IMG/VR virus record: IMGVR_UViG_3300042988_000357
Coordinates: 1-34,024 of that record
DNA: 34,024 bases
Source of the DNA: a virus
Taxonomy: Duplodnaviria; Caudoviricetes
Direction: 5' to 3' (one strand)
Position numbers and translations under genes: made by a program. Each line of letters begins with the position of its first letter. The first letter of the stretch is position 1. Below, piece after piece: positions 1 through 7,699 of this stretch. The notes under the pieces are model-generated. The model saw only the letters and a program-made list of their open reading frames with translations. It was not told where the DNA came from and ran no database searches.

Positions 1-700
1 CAGCTTCAAGCTCCGCAATCCTAGCGTCTTTGTCAGACAGCTTCCAATCTTTGTCGTTGTTCTGCTGAGTAAGTTTTTCATTTTCTGATTTGTAGTAAGC
101 AATCCTAGCGTCTTTGTCCTTGAGCTGGGCTTTCAAAGAATCATTTGCCCAAATAACTGGCAGGTGCATATCGTTTAAAAGGTTGTATCTTTTATTTAGA
201 GATACAATCTCCTCCTCTTTGGCTTTCAAAGCGGACTCAAGAGCCTGAATCTTCTCGGCAAACTTATCATTTAAAAACATCACGTTAGCTTTAGCTTCTT
301 GCTCGGCTTTCAAAGCGGCTTCGTGGTCAGCCCAAAGAACCATTCGCCCATTTATATTTTCATGTTCTTCAACGATACATTCTTCGTGTGTGCGTCCAAC
401 TTTGTGAATAAGTGCAATTACATCCCACCGCTTAACCCCATCCAATGGAGCAGGGTTGCAAGCGCACTCTTTAGATATTCCAGAACTCCTAAGAGCGGTA
501 CAATCCATGTTATGCTCAACGGGCTTCAACCCAATAATCTTTTTAACTCCGCTTGTTCCTATTACAATCGGTGGCTCAACGGGCTTGCAGAATGTACAAG
601 TTGGATTATTGCTTTTGTAATCACGCAAAGTTCCGTGCTTGTCTTTCGACTCCCAATACTCTCCACGATCATGCGAACACTTAGAATCTTTCGGTGTCAT
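1..700 (-). CDS. Accessory mosaic protein (Cys-rich N-terminus, coiled-coil C-terminus; Ea22/Ead-like architecture), truncated at window start
   Basis: Not in ORF track. Own translation from ATG at 700 (GGAGG RBS; ATGA overlap with upstream gene) stays open to base 1: MTPKDSKCSHDRGEY...LWADHEAALKAEQE...KDARIAELEA. Confidence 0.75.
   Translation of the reverse strand, partial: MTPKDSKCSHDRGEYWESKDKHGTLRDYKSNNPTCTFCKPVEPPIVIGTSGVKKIIGLKPVEHNMDCTALRSSGISKECACNPAPLDGVKRWDVIALIHKVGRTHEECIVEEHENINGRMVLWADHEAALKAEQEAKANVMFLNDKFAEKIQALESALKAKEEEIVSLNKRYNLLNDMHLPVIWANDSLKAQLKDKDARIAYYKSENEKLTQQNNDKDWKLSDKDARIAELEA
15..118. repeat. 20-bp direct repeat GCAATCCTAGCGTCTTTGTC (15-34, 99-118), encoding DKDARIA twice
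   Basis: Exact repeat read from sequence. Confidence 0.9.
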
Positions 701-816
701 TTGTCCCTCCCTATCCAAAATCCAATGGTAAATCCGAACATTATTGCTATGCCCATATTCCCAACGGCAATCACAAAATCAAACATTTCTTTGATAATCA
801 TCTGTGATTCAGTCAT
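697..816 (-). CDS. 39-aa single-pass membrane protein
   Basis: MTESQMIIKEMFDFVIAVGNMGIAIMFGFTIGFWIGRDK; overlaps both neighbours (ATGACTGA, ATGA) and fills the gap exactly. Confidence 0.65.
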   Translation of the reverse strand: MTESQMIIKEMFDFVIAVGNMGIAIMFGFTIGFWIGRDK

Positions 817-1006
817 GTTTCGACTCCTTTGCGTCCATTGCGTACTTCCCTACGTCGTTTTCACCGATGCTACACATATGGTACAAATCCAATCTCCATG
901 TTGGATGATCTCTGTTTTTCTTATCGTAATACCCCTGATCGTAAGCGATGACGGCAATCCGCTTCTCTCTCGCCGTGAGTTTATCCGTCCTTTTAGCCTT
1001 GCTCAT
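809..1006 (-). CDS. Hypothetical protein (65 aa)
   Basis: Tightly packed in the minus-strand operon, AGGAG RBS. Confidence 0.65.
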   Translation of the reverse strand: MSKAKRTDKLTAREKRIAVIAYDQGYYDKKNRDHPTWRLDLYHMCSIGENDVGKYAMDAKESKHD

Positions 1007-1007
1007 T

Positions 1008-1232
1008 TCACACTCCTTGGTTTCGGATGGCTTGGGCTATCTCTTTCGGAGTAGCATCAACAGGTAATGATTCAACCCTTTCAGCGTCATGCTCCATCTG
1101 AGCCTTTCGCCCTAATAGGTAGGCTGTTTCAAGGGCTTTAGTAATCGCTTCAATCCACGCTTCTATTGTGTGACTTCCTGTTAGGCATTGTTCAGCAATC
1201 TTCTCAAACTCGGGCTTCTCAGCTTTGTTCAT
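1008..1232 (-). CDS. Hypothetical protein (74 aa)
   Basis: ATGA overlap with upstream gene, GAGG RBS; ends in ...EIAQAIR, a motif common in small phage accessory proteins. Confidence 0.7.
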   Translation of the reverse strand: MNKAEKPEFEKIAEQCLTGSHTIEAWIEAITKALETAYLLGRKAQMEHDAERVESLPVDATPKEIAQAIRNQGV

Positions 1233-1618
1233 TTTGATTCCTCAATTTTTGGAATTATTATTTCGTCAAGATACGGGGAAGACCAGTGGCCTTTCCATAT
1301 TTCAAGCGGATCTTTTCCGTAAAAACGATATAGCTTTTTGATAATGCTGAACCTCGCATCCTCGGCTCCCTTTGCTTCACAAAACATTTTTTCTCCTGTC
1401 TTTACGACAATGAAAGAGAAGTCGCATGCCCAGTGAATATCGGCGCGTGTTAAATGAACCGTCTGCTGGAAGCGAATGTCCATTATCTCTTTTGCCTTCT
1501 CGCGGAACAATAATATTTGATGGACATACGCCTCGAGTTTAGAGTGAAAGCCGCCGCAGCGAACAGCACCGTATTTGTGCTTTTTCTTGAGCAGCTCTTT
1601 TATCTCGGCGCCGTTCAT
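1229..1618 (-). CDS. DUF1064-family PD-(D/E)XK-like endonuclease (putative resolvase)
   Basis: KYGA..GFHSKLEA...I..Q...L...CDF...EAKG...F..KKL pattern typical of DUF1064. Confidence 0.75.
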   Translation of the reverse strand: MNGAEIKELLKKKHKYGAVRCGGFHSKLEAYVHQILLFREKAKEIMDIRFQQTVHLTRADIHWACDFSFIVVKTGEKMFCEAKGAEDARFSIIKKLYRFYGKDPLEIWKGHWSSPYLDEIIIPKIEESK

Positions 1619-1971
1619 TGCATCATCCTATCGATTTTTGCATGGCCAAAAAAATCATCTGGATCTTTTTGGAGCGGGTTATACCCCATTGCTTTCTGCC
1701 AGTCTTCTTGTAGCCAGCCGCGCTCGAGAGCGATCTTCCTATCTGTCGGCGGGTAAAATCCCGCTTCTTGAAATTTGCGGCGGCAGCGGGCAATTCCCTC
1801 GAAATTAGGAACGTCAAAAAATTGCTGCATCGTCATCGTTTCGCCGATGTCGTAGAATTTTTGGAGTACGGCGATGGCAAGAGAGCGGTCGCTGTTTCGT
1901 GTTTCTGGATTTTCTTCGAGACATTCACGGACTTGATCTTTGAGTCTTTTGATTGAATCTGTTTTGCTCAT
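1615..1971 (-). CDS. Phage hypothetical protein (118 aa, MSKTDS...)
   Basis: Start moved to ATG 1971, next to the upstream stop; PETRNSD...P..E.I.R.RRKFQ motif. Confidence 0.65.
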   Translation of the reverse strand: MSKTDSIKRLKDQVRECLEENPETRNSDRSLAIAVLQKFYDIGETMTMQQFFDVPNFEGIARCRRKFQEAGFYPPTDRKIALERGWLQEDWQKAMGYNPLQKDPDDFFGHAKIDRMMQ

Positions 1972-1972
1972 T

Positions 1973-2407
1973 TTAATTCCCATGTGGTGAGTAAAATTCT
2001 TCGTAATCTTTAAGAAACTGCGACGTGTCAACTCCATAATATTCAATCACGGCCTTGTTTACCTTCTCGAAAAACTGACTGAATTCGTCCTTGTTTAAAG
2101 TCGTTGTTGATCCTATTTTTGTTAGCGGCTGGCCGTTCTTGGCAAAGATTTTCTTCGACAAGAACGCCAGCTTCATCGTTTCGTGCAGTTCTTCTGCGGT
2201 ATCAAAGTCGTCTTTTAATCCACCGACTTCTAAAATCCACCCATAAAACAGCCACAAAAATGCGTTCTGGCTGTTGCTGCGGCCTTTCCCCCACTTGATT
2301 GAGACAATCTCCCCAATCTTAGGAAGTCGGCCGCTAAACTGCACCCAGGCGGCAAATTTGCCGTCTTTTTCTGCCGTCTTGAGGATCTTCCCGCTGACTT
2401 TAGGCAC
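1973..2407 (-). CDS. NinB/Orf-like recombination mediator
   Basis: RSNSQNAFLW motif and STTTLNKDEFSQFFEKV C-terminal motif; lies in the recombination operon. Confidence 0.65.
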   Translation of the reverse strand: MPKVSGKILKTAEKDGKFAAWVQFSGRLPKIGEIVSIKWGKGRSNSQNAFLWLFYGWILEVGGLKDDFDTAEELHETMKLAFLSKKIFAKNGQPLTKIGSTTTLNKDEFSQFFEKVNKAVIEYYGVDTSQFLKDYEEFYSPHGN

Positions 2408-3005
2408 TTTTTAGCCTTTCTACCAGCGCATCGAGGTCGCGGCAGAACCGAATCAGCTCCATTTCCAAGCGGCCGATAAGTGCATCGTCGCGCATAACGC
2501 GTATAATGAACGGAGGCATTGCTGGGAAATATGAAATAAAATCCGTCCACTTGGCATCCGTGACGTACATTTGCCCCTGAACTTGCACGACGTATTTTGT
2601 CGGCATTTTCTTTTCGAGCAGGTATTCGACGTGCGTATGCGCCAGCGGGCATTTGATTTCAGCTAATCCGTCTGTTCCGATAAGTCGGTCTGGCGACGCG
2701 CCAAACTTTTTCAGCTCGTCTTTGTAAACGAAACCGACTTTTGTAGTTTCGACGTTCCGAGAAAGTTCATAAAAGCGAACCGCATCAGCTTCGAGATCAT
2801 TCCCGCGCTGCATCGCGTCGCTTTTAAAACCGTCGATTTTCTTTCCAGTAATGCGCTCGACTGCCAGCTTGTACATGTACTCAGTCGCTTGCTTCGATGG
2901 TTCTCCTTTTGAGGTGATAATGTTATCGAAATTTGAAGCGGTTGGGATTCCCAGTCTTGCTGCATCCCACTCTGGACTTCCCTGATCGACGTCTAAAATA
3001 ATCAT
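2400..3005 (-). CDS. YqaJ/lambda-exonuclease family 5'-3' exonuclease
   Basis: QGSPEW..RLG.PTAS, MQRG..LE..A, GASPD, EIKCP, Y..QVQGQM motifs. Confidence 0.92.
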   Translation of the reverse strand: MIILDVDQGSPEWDAARLGIPTASNFDNIITSKGEPSKQATEYMYKLAVERITGKKIDGFKSDAMQRGNDLEADAVRFYELSRNVETTKVGFVYKDELKKFGASPDRLIGTDGLAEIKCPLAHTHVEYLLEKKMPTKYVVQVQGQMYVTDAKWTDFISYFPAMPPFIIRVMRDDALIGRLEMELIRFCRDLDALVERLKSA

Positions 3006-3898
3006 TTTGATCCTTTCAATTTACGAAGGCGAGCAATCTCAACCCATGCAAGCTCGACTGTCGGAAATTCTGTTTTGATTTGATCGAACATTTTTTTGTT
3101 TGCAATTTTTTCCTGAGCAGCCAGTTCAGCGGCTTTTTTATCAGCATCTTCCTGGTCTTGCTTGCGCTTTATCTCAGCGGCTTCTTCATCCCGCTTTCTT
3201 TGCGCCGCAGCTTCTTCTTCATTGCGCTTTCGGTCAGCGGCCTCGCGCTCTTCGCGTTCCTTTTTCAGCTGGGCTTCTTGTTCTGCCAGCTTACGCTTTT
3301 GATCGGCATCAATTTGGTCGCGCAGCTTTTTATTTTCAGCCTCTTGTGCCTCGCGCTGCTTGCGATCCTCTTCCTGTTTAGCGCGAAGCTGGCGCAGCTC
3401 TTCTTCGTCGTCCAGGCGTTTCTTTTCTGCGGCCTCAAACTCAGTTCTTGCAGTTGCCAGGCGAATAGAAAAGGCGTCTTCCGTCATCAGCGCAAGCTCC
3501 GAGATCGAAAAGACGGCCTTAAAGCTCTGCATCAGACTGATGCGGCGGTCAAGTTCTTCTTTGTCCTTGCGATCCCGCTCGGCCTTCAATCGCTTTTCTT
3601 CATTGTCAACGATTTCTTTTTGAGCCTTTAAATGCGCCTCAATCTCTTCAAGCTGAGTCGATATCCTTGCGGCCTCGGAGTCAACCTTTTTCCCGTATGC
3701 CAGCGCGTCGGCCTTCAATTCCTTGCGGCGCTCTTCGACCTCGATACGTTTTTCACGAACTGCCATTTGCGCTTTATGACATGCCTCGCGGCCTTCCTTG
3801 TCGTTTGCGTCTTTAACGACAAGCGGCATGTATTCTTTTTTCATTGCCGCGATCGCTGAGTCTGTGACGCTGTATGAAATTACTTCGGTTTTAGACAT
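3002..3898 (-). CDS. Coiled-coil protein (DUF1351-like) of the recombination module
   Basis: R..VEERRKELKA..L..GKKVD.EA..I N-terminus followed by long E/K/R/A-rich helices; lies between ERF and the exonuclease. Confidence 0.6.
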   Translation of the reverse strand: MSKTEVISYSVTDSAIAAMKKEYMPLVVKDANDKEGREACHKAQMAVREKRIEVEERRKELKADALAYGKKVDSEAARISTQLEEIEAHLKAQKEIVDNEEKRLKAERDRKDKEELDRRISLMQSFKAVFSISELALMTEDAFSIRLATARTEFEAAEKKRLDDEEELRQLRAKQEEDRKQREAQEAENKKLRDQIDADQKRKLAEQEAQLKKEREEREAADRKRNEEEAAAQRKRDEEAAEIKRKQDQEDADKKAAELAAQEKIANKKMFDQIKTEFPTVELAWVEIARLRKLKGSK

Positions 3899-3910
3899 GA
3901 TGCTGATTCC

Positions 3911-4621
3911 TTATTTTTGTTTTTCAATTTCGGAAAAAAGAGCGATCAATTCGGAGTATTTCGCTTTCGGGATTTCTTCGATTTTTGCGATTCCGAATTT
4001 ATCGAACAGTTTTTTCTTGTCGATTTTAGTCTTGAGCGCTTCAAGATATTCCATGATTTTGATTGCCTGCTGGTCGTCGATGTATTCTGTCCCAGCCGCA
4101 GCGCCGTCATCTTCCTTTTGATCCTTTGCGGCAAGACCTGTGATCGCCAGAAATCCATACCGTTGAAGATATGTGATCGTGCTTCCTATCGCCTGGATAT
4201 TGTTTTTAGATCCAGTCGCATCAGCTTCCGCGAAAAGCGGGAACTCTTCAAAGTGGCCAAGCGAATGCGCCAGCTTTGTATAAACCGCGATGCGCTCTTT
4301 TTGCTCGACGCGCCAAGTAACCGCCAGCTGACATTTTGAAAGTTCTGGCGTTACTGTTTCGACGATGTTCGCCAGCGTTGCATGGGAGTATCCGACAAAT
4401 TGCCCCTTTGCCTGATAACCAACTTTTTTGTCTTTCAGGATCTCGATCGTAACCGCTTTAAACTCAGCAAGCGCACGATAAAATGCCTTTCTTGCTTCAT
4501 GCGCTTCATAGTCTTTTTGAAGCGTCAAGATCTCTTTCAGATCTTCGATTTTAAGGCCGCTTTTTAAAAGCTCCTGGGTTGCTTCGAGAGGTGATTTTCT
4601 TATTTCAATTTGGGTTTCCAT
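3911..4621 (-). CDS. erf: ERF-family single-strand annealing protein
   Basis: YSHATLANI..P.L and QAIGSTITYLQRY..LAITGLA...DDG signature. Confidence 0.9.
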   Translation of the reverse strand: METQIEIRKSPLEATQELLKSGLKIEDLKEILTLQKDYEAHEARKAFYRALAEFKAVTIEILKDKKVGYQAKGQFVGYSHATLANIVETVTPELSKCQLAVTWRVEQKERIAVYTKLAHSLGHFEEFPLFAEADATGSKNNIQAIGSTITYLQRYGFLAITGLAAKDQKEDDGAAAGTEYIDDQQAIKIMEYLEALKTKIDKKKLFDKFGIAKIEEIPKAKYSELIALFSEIEKQK

Positions 4622-4648
4622 ATAAATTTCTCCTAATGCGTTTTGTGG

Positions 4649-5086
4649 TTATTTTAAATTTTCTGGGAACTCTTCGTCTGGACGCAGCTCGTCTGCGCTT
4701 AATGTTCCAGCCGTTGCCGTCTGTCTTGGTGCCGACTGTGTTGCAGCGCCAGCCTTGGGGCTTAAAAACTGGACATGCGCGGCCACAACCTCAACCGTGG
4801 AGCGCTTTGTTCCGTCTTGCGCTTCCCATGATCGTGATTCCATGCGGCCGTCAACCATGACCGACGATCCTTTTTTCAGGTATTCGTTGCAGATTTCAGC
4901 GAGTCGCGCCCAGGCGACGATTCGGATAAATGAAACCTGCTCCTGTTTTTCGTTCTTGTCGTTTGTAAAAATCCGATTGATCGCAATCGAAAAACTACAC
5001 ACTGGCTGGCCGCTCGGTAAGTAGCGCAGCTCGGGATCGCGGGTTAAGTTGCCTGCCAAGAGAACGATGTTTACGTTTGCGCTCAT
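4649..5086 (-). CDS. ssb: Single-stranded DNA-binding protein
   Basis: N.V.L.GNLTRDPELRY.P.G..V, W.RLAE...YLKKG..V.V.GR; acidic C-terminus. Confidence 0.97.
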   Translation of the reverse strand: MSANVNIVLLAGNLTRDPELRYLPSGQPVCSFSIAINRIFTNDKNEKQEQVSFIRIVAWARLAEICNEYLKKGSSVMVDGRMESRSWEAQDGTKRSTVEVVAAHVQFLSPKAGAATQSAPRQTATAGTLSADELRPDEEFPENLK

Positions 5087-5220
5087 TTGTGTTTCCTTTC
5101 GTTGTACGGTTGATCTTTCAATAAAAGTCGTCGGATCATTTCAGCGTCGAGTTCAGTTCCCCAAAAAACGAAGCCGATGCCTGCTTGCATTTTTTGGTCG
5201 ATTGTTGGATGTGAATTCAT
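5083..5220 (-). CDS. 45-aa hypothetical protein
   Basis: Not in ORF track. MNSHPTIDQKMQAGIGFVFWGTELDAEMIRRLLLKDQPYNERKHK; ATGA overlaps at both ends. Confidence 0.65.
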   Translation of the reverse strand: MNSHPTIDQKMQAGIGFVFWGTELDAEMIRRLLLKDQPYNERKHK

Positions 5221-5459
5221 ACAACACCTTTCTGGCGATAGAATTTTTTAGCCATGCGCTCGCTATGCCCCCAGGTCGTGAAGTGCTGCGTCGCATTTTG
5301 TTTCGCAAACACCGTCAAAACTCCTTTTTCTTTCGGGTGCCGCATTCTTAAAACTTCTCCGTCGCCATAAAGATCCAGTTCCAGCCATCCGTGGCTTGAG
5401 CAAAATTTTGCAAATTTATCAAGGTGGTCAAAGTGAAGATGCTTTCTGCTTGTACTCAT
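5217..5459 (-). CDS. Hypothetical protein (80 aa)
   Basis: ATGA-coupled to both neighbours, AAGGA RBS. Confidence 0.7.
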   Translation of the reverse strand: MSTSRKHLHFDHLDKFAKFCSSHGWLELDLYGDGEVLRMRHPKEKGVLTVFAKQNATQHFTTWGHSERMAKKFYRQKGVV

Positions 5460-5686
5460 GCGACTATCCTTTTGTCGAATGTCATTGACTCGGCCGATTT
5501 TTCGATGCCGTTTTCTCCTATGCTTTCGAGATAACAGTTGATGGGTTTAACGTGATACGCCTTACCGCGAATTCTGATGCGCCCCTCATTTTCATAGATT
5601 GGCTCGGAACAGTGTTCGCAGTTTTCATCGATGTGTTTCATGCGGGCTTTCTCCAAATTATTTCGCGTCGTTGTAAATATATTCAT
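5456..5686 (-). CDS. Small putative Zn-binding protein (CEHC...H...C)
   Basis: Start moved to MNIFT (5686) because the upstream extension runs into a hairpin; CxxC-x17-H-x4-C. Confidence 0.6.
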   Translation of the reverse strand: MNIFTTTRNNLEKARMKHIDENCEHCSEPIYENEGRIRIRGKAYHVKPINCYLESIGENGIEKSAESMTFDKRIVA

Positions 5687-5709
5687 GTGGTTCTCTCTTT
5701 TTTCCGAGT

Positions 5710-5793
5710 CGGTTGCCATCGACAGAAACGCACCAAAGCAGCCAGCGCACAAGACGCGGGGCGTTTACGGGTACGTTTTCGATGATGCAGCCG
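5710..5793. promoter_or_regulatory. Long imperfect intergenic hairpin (about 84 nt), putative RNA element
   Basis: Pairings CGGTTGC/GCAGCCG, CATCGA/TCGATG, AAACGCACC/GGTACGTTT, GCC/GGC, GCG/CGC around a CACAAGA loop. Confidence 0.5.
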
Positions 5794-5834
5794 CCAGTGA
5801 ATTCAAGGTCTTGATTGATTGGGAATTTCATAGA

Positions 5835-6041
5835 TTAGAATCCACCAAAAAGATGGCCGCATGGGATTTGGTCTTCGGTTACGCGGGATAGCGTTGCAGA
5901 TTTTACGAACAAATTTCTCTCAGCCCGCTCAAGCGCGTCTTGCAGAATCCAATCCATTGGGAAGTCGTAAAAATAATCTCGAACTGTGTCGTCGTTATAG
6001 ACGATCGTGAGCTTATTATATTTTTGCGTTTGCTTTGTCAT
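5835..6041 (-). CDS. Hypothetical protein (68 aa)
   Basis: Strong AAAAGGAG RBS. Confidence 0.7.
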   Translation of the reverse strand: MTKQTQKYNKLTIVYNDDTVRDYFYDFPMDWILQDALERAERNLFVKSATLSRVTEDQIPCGHLFGGF

Positions 6042-6062
6042 ACCGAACTCCTTTTGTGAAGA

Positions 6063-6194
6063 CTAACGTGTTTTGTGTTTTTGCTCTTTCCTAAAGTTGG
6101 CGACGCGACAATTTAAGCCGCAGAATCTCTGCCAAAAAACTTTTGGCTTGATTTTATTCTTGCAGCCTTTTCTAGCGCATTTGATTTGTTTCAT
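6063..6194 (-). CDS. 43-aa basic Zn-finger protein (CGNR-like), probably leaderless
   Basis: Not in ORF track. MKQIKCARKGCKNKIKPKVFWQRFCGLNCRVANFRKEQKHKTR; C-x4-C...RFC-x3-CR. Confidence 0.75.
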   Translation of the reverse strand: MKQIKCARKGCKNKIKPKVFWQRFCGLNCRVANFRKEQKHKTR

Positions 6195-6200
6195 ATTTTT

Positions 6201-6229
6201 ATTGTAACGTGCGTTTCAAAAAAATGCAA
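6201..6229 (-). promoter_or_regulatory. Sigma70-type promoter TTGCAT-17-TACAAT with an AACG-N2-CGTT palindrome overlapping spacer and -10
   Basis: -35 at 6229-6224, -10 at 6206-6201; ATG follows after a 6-nt gap. Confidence 0.7.
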
Positions 6230-6237
6230 ACAGTTAT

Positions 6238-6492
6238 TTAAAAAAGTTTCAATCCGAGGTCGATCATTTCAGCTTTCGTCAGCTGGCCATGATCCCCAGC
6301 TTTTACCGTTCCAGCCTGGATTTTGCGGAAAAGGTTTGAATTGTGGTGTTTTGGGTTCGTAAAATCGCTCAAAACAAGGCAGGCCGACACGATCAGCGCG
6401 AAAACGGCTAATGCGTCGGCAATCGCAGCAATGCCTCGATTTGGGCGTTTAAACGCGAAATTTGAGTTATTTAACCAGGGTCGATTTGTCAT
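6238..6492 (-). CDS. Hypothetical membrane protein (84 aa)
   Basis: AAAGGAG RBS; hydrophobic segment IAAIADALAVFALIVSACLVL. Confidence 0.65.
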   Translation of the reverse strand: MTNRPWLNNSNFAFKRPNRGIAAIADALAVFALIVSACLVLSDFTNPKHHNSNLFRKIQAGTVKAGDHGQLTKAEMIDLGLKLF

Positions 6493-6886
6493 TTGATGCT
6501 CCTTTGTTAGAATGATTATCGGCTGATTCGCTTTCAGCTTTAGGGAGTTTCTTGCTGGTTAGTTGAAAAAGCTCTTCGGCTTTCTTTTTTTCTCGATCGT
6601 AATAGGCTTGCATATCTTTAATTTTTTGAAGCTCTTCCGCGCTTCTCACTGGTGCCTGGTATGGCATTTTAGGTATTAAAGCGATTGCCTTTTCTCTTAT
6701 GATTGCAATGGGGTTTGTGCCTGGATATATTTCTTTGGTCGTTCTGATAAAGTGGTAAACGGCGTCCAAAAAATACTCGTCTTGAAGATCTCCCAGCATT
6801 TCTTCATAGATTGAGGCGTTAAAAGTTATCCCTGGGAATGAGGCCGCTAATAGGACGAATGCTTTGTTTAATGTTTCGATTTGCAT
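6467..6886 (-). CDS. Helicase loader/inhibitor, G39P-like
   Basis: L.A.FP...Y.EML.DL....F..AV...I.T....P..IA.IR pattern; directly downstream of the initiator; GGAG RBS. Confidence 0.6.
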   Translation of the reverse strand: MQIETLNKAFVLLAASFPGITFNASIYEEMLGDLQDEYFLDAVYHFIRTTKEIYPGTNPIAIIREKAIALIPKMPYQAPVRSAEELQKIKDMQAYYDREKKKAEELFQLTSKKLPKAESESADNHSNKGASNDKSTLVK

Positions 6887-7562
6887 TTAGAGTCTCCAGG
6901 CTGTTCATTGTTGCTTGTTGTGGTTTTGTTAAAGAGGTTGTTTTTGGTTTATTTCTGCGGCACCAGTTTCTTATCGCGGCTTTCCAATCTTTCATTGGTG
7001 CCTTACCGCCTACTTTCCAGCCATTTGAATTAAAATGATCGAAAAATATATCAGCTTCAATCAGTGGTTGTCCGAGTTCGGTAAAATATAACTTACATTC
7101 TTCTGGCGTTGGGCGATTGAACACCTCTTTCTTTTGTAATAGTTTCTTTTGTATAGTTTCTTTTGTATGTCCCCCGTTGGGTACTACCTGGATTACCCCG
7201 TTGGGTACTACCGCATTACCCCGTTGGGTAACGATTACCCGATTGGGTAATGACTTCCATTCTTTGTAATTCTTTTGAAATGAATAGGTTACGGATTTAT
7301 GATTACCCGATTGGGTAATGAAGTTACCAGCAAGTAGTCTTTTTAATGCTCGGCAGACATGAGGCCGCTTAATGTTTGTGCCTTCTACGAACTGGGAAAG
7401 AGAGATACGATCTTCTTTCTTTTGCCATCCGTATGTTTTTCTAAGAATAAAATGTAAACACTTCATTTCGTAATAAGCAATCACGATGTCGGTTTGGCAA
7501 AGCGCGTCTAAAATCTCATTTGCAATGGGAGTGTATCCATCTTCTTTTTGTGGACTAGCCAT
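6819..7562 (-). CDS. Replication initiator: lambda O-like N-terminal domain plus NGW..G..MKDWKAA.R.W C-terminal domain
   Basis: EDGYTPIANEILDAL...ILRKTYGWQKKEDRISLSQF..T matches Phage_rep_O; the linker carries the iterons. Confidence 0.9.
   Translation of the reverse strand: MASPQKEDGYTPIANEILDALCQTDIVIAYYEMKCLHFILRKTYGWQKKEDRISLSQFVEGTNIKRPHVCRALKRLLAGNFITQSGNHKSVTYSFQKNYKEWKSLPNRVIVTQRGNAVVPNGVIQVVPNGGHTKETIQKKLLQKKEVFNRPTPEECKLYFTELGQPLIEADIFFDHFNSNGWKVGGKAPMKDWKAAIRNWCRRNKPKTTSLTKPQQATMNSLETLNANRNIKQSIRPISGLIPRDNF
7128..7321. repeat. Replication origin: five quasi-palindromic iterons plus an AT-rich triple repeat
   Basis: ATTACCC(CG/GA)TTGGGTA at about 7170 (partial), 7192, 7215, 7234, 7302; TTTCTTTTGTA at 7128, 7143, 7157; same layout as lambda ori inside gene O. 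Confidence 0.88.
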
Positions 7563-7585
7563 TTTATGCCTTTAGGGTGCCAGAG

Positions 7586-7640
7586 CCTCTGCCCCCGCGC
7601 AGTTTCCCGTGAGGGATGCAGCAACGCTGGCGGGCAGAGG
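7586..7640. ncRNA. Putative C4/CI-like structured regulatory RNA in the initiator leader
   Basis: Stems CCTCTGCCC/GGGCAGAGG, CCGCG/CGC(T)GG, TCCC-GTGA-GGGA; two internal segments (7602-7608, 7616-7624) are exact complements of 7670-7676 and 7684-7692. Confidence 0.55.
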
Positions 7641-7699
7641 ATGGGCTTTAAAATTATTTCTCATTATTTGGGAAACCGTATTTTTGCTGCATGTAACGC

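Noticed and set aside
299-1054. 251-aa plus-strand ORF
   Set aside because: TTG start without RBS; antisense to four tightly coupled minus-strand genes; shadow ORF
3080-3859. Hydrophobic or Ser-rich plus-strand ORFs
   Set aside because: Antisense shadows of the E/K-rich coiled-coil gene
7170-7321. Repeat cluster as a mini-CRISPR array
   Set aside because: Spacers mostly 1-5 bp, located inside the initiator gene next to an AT-rich tract; these are iterons
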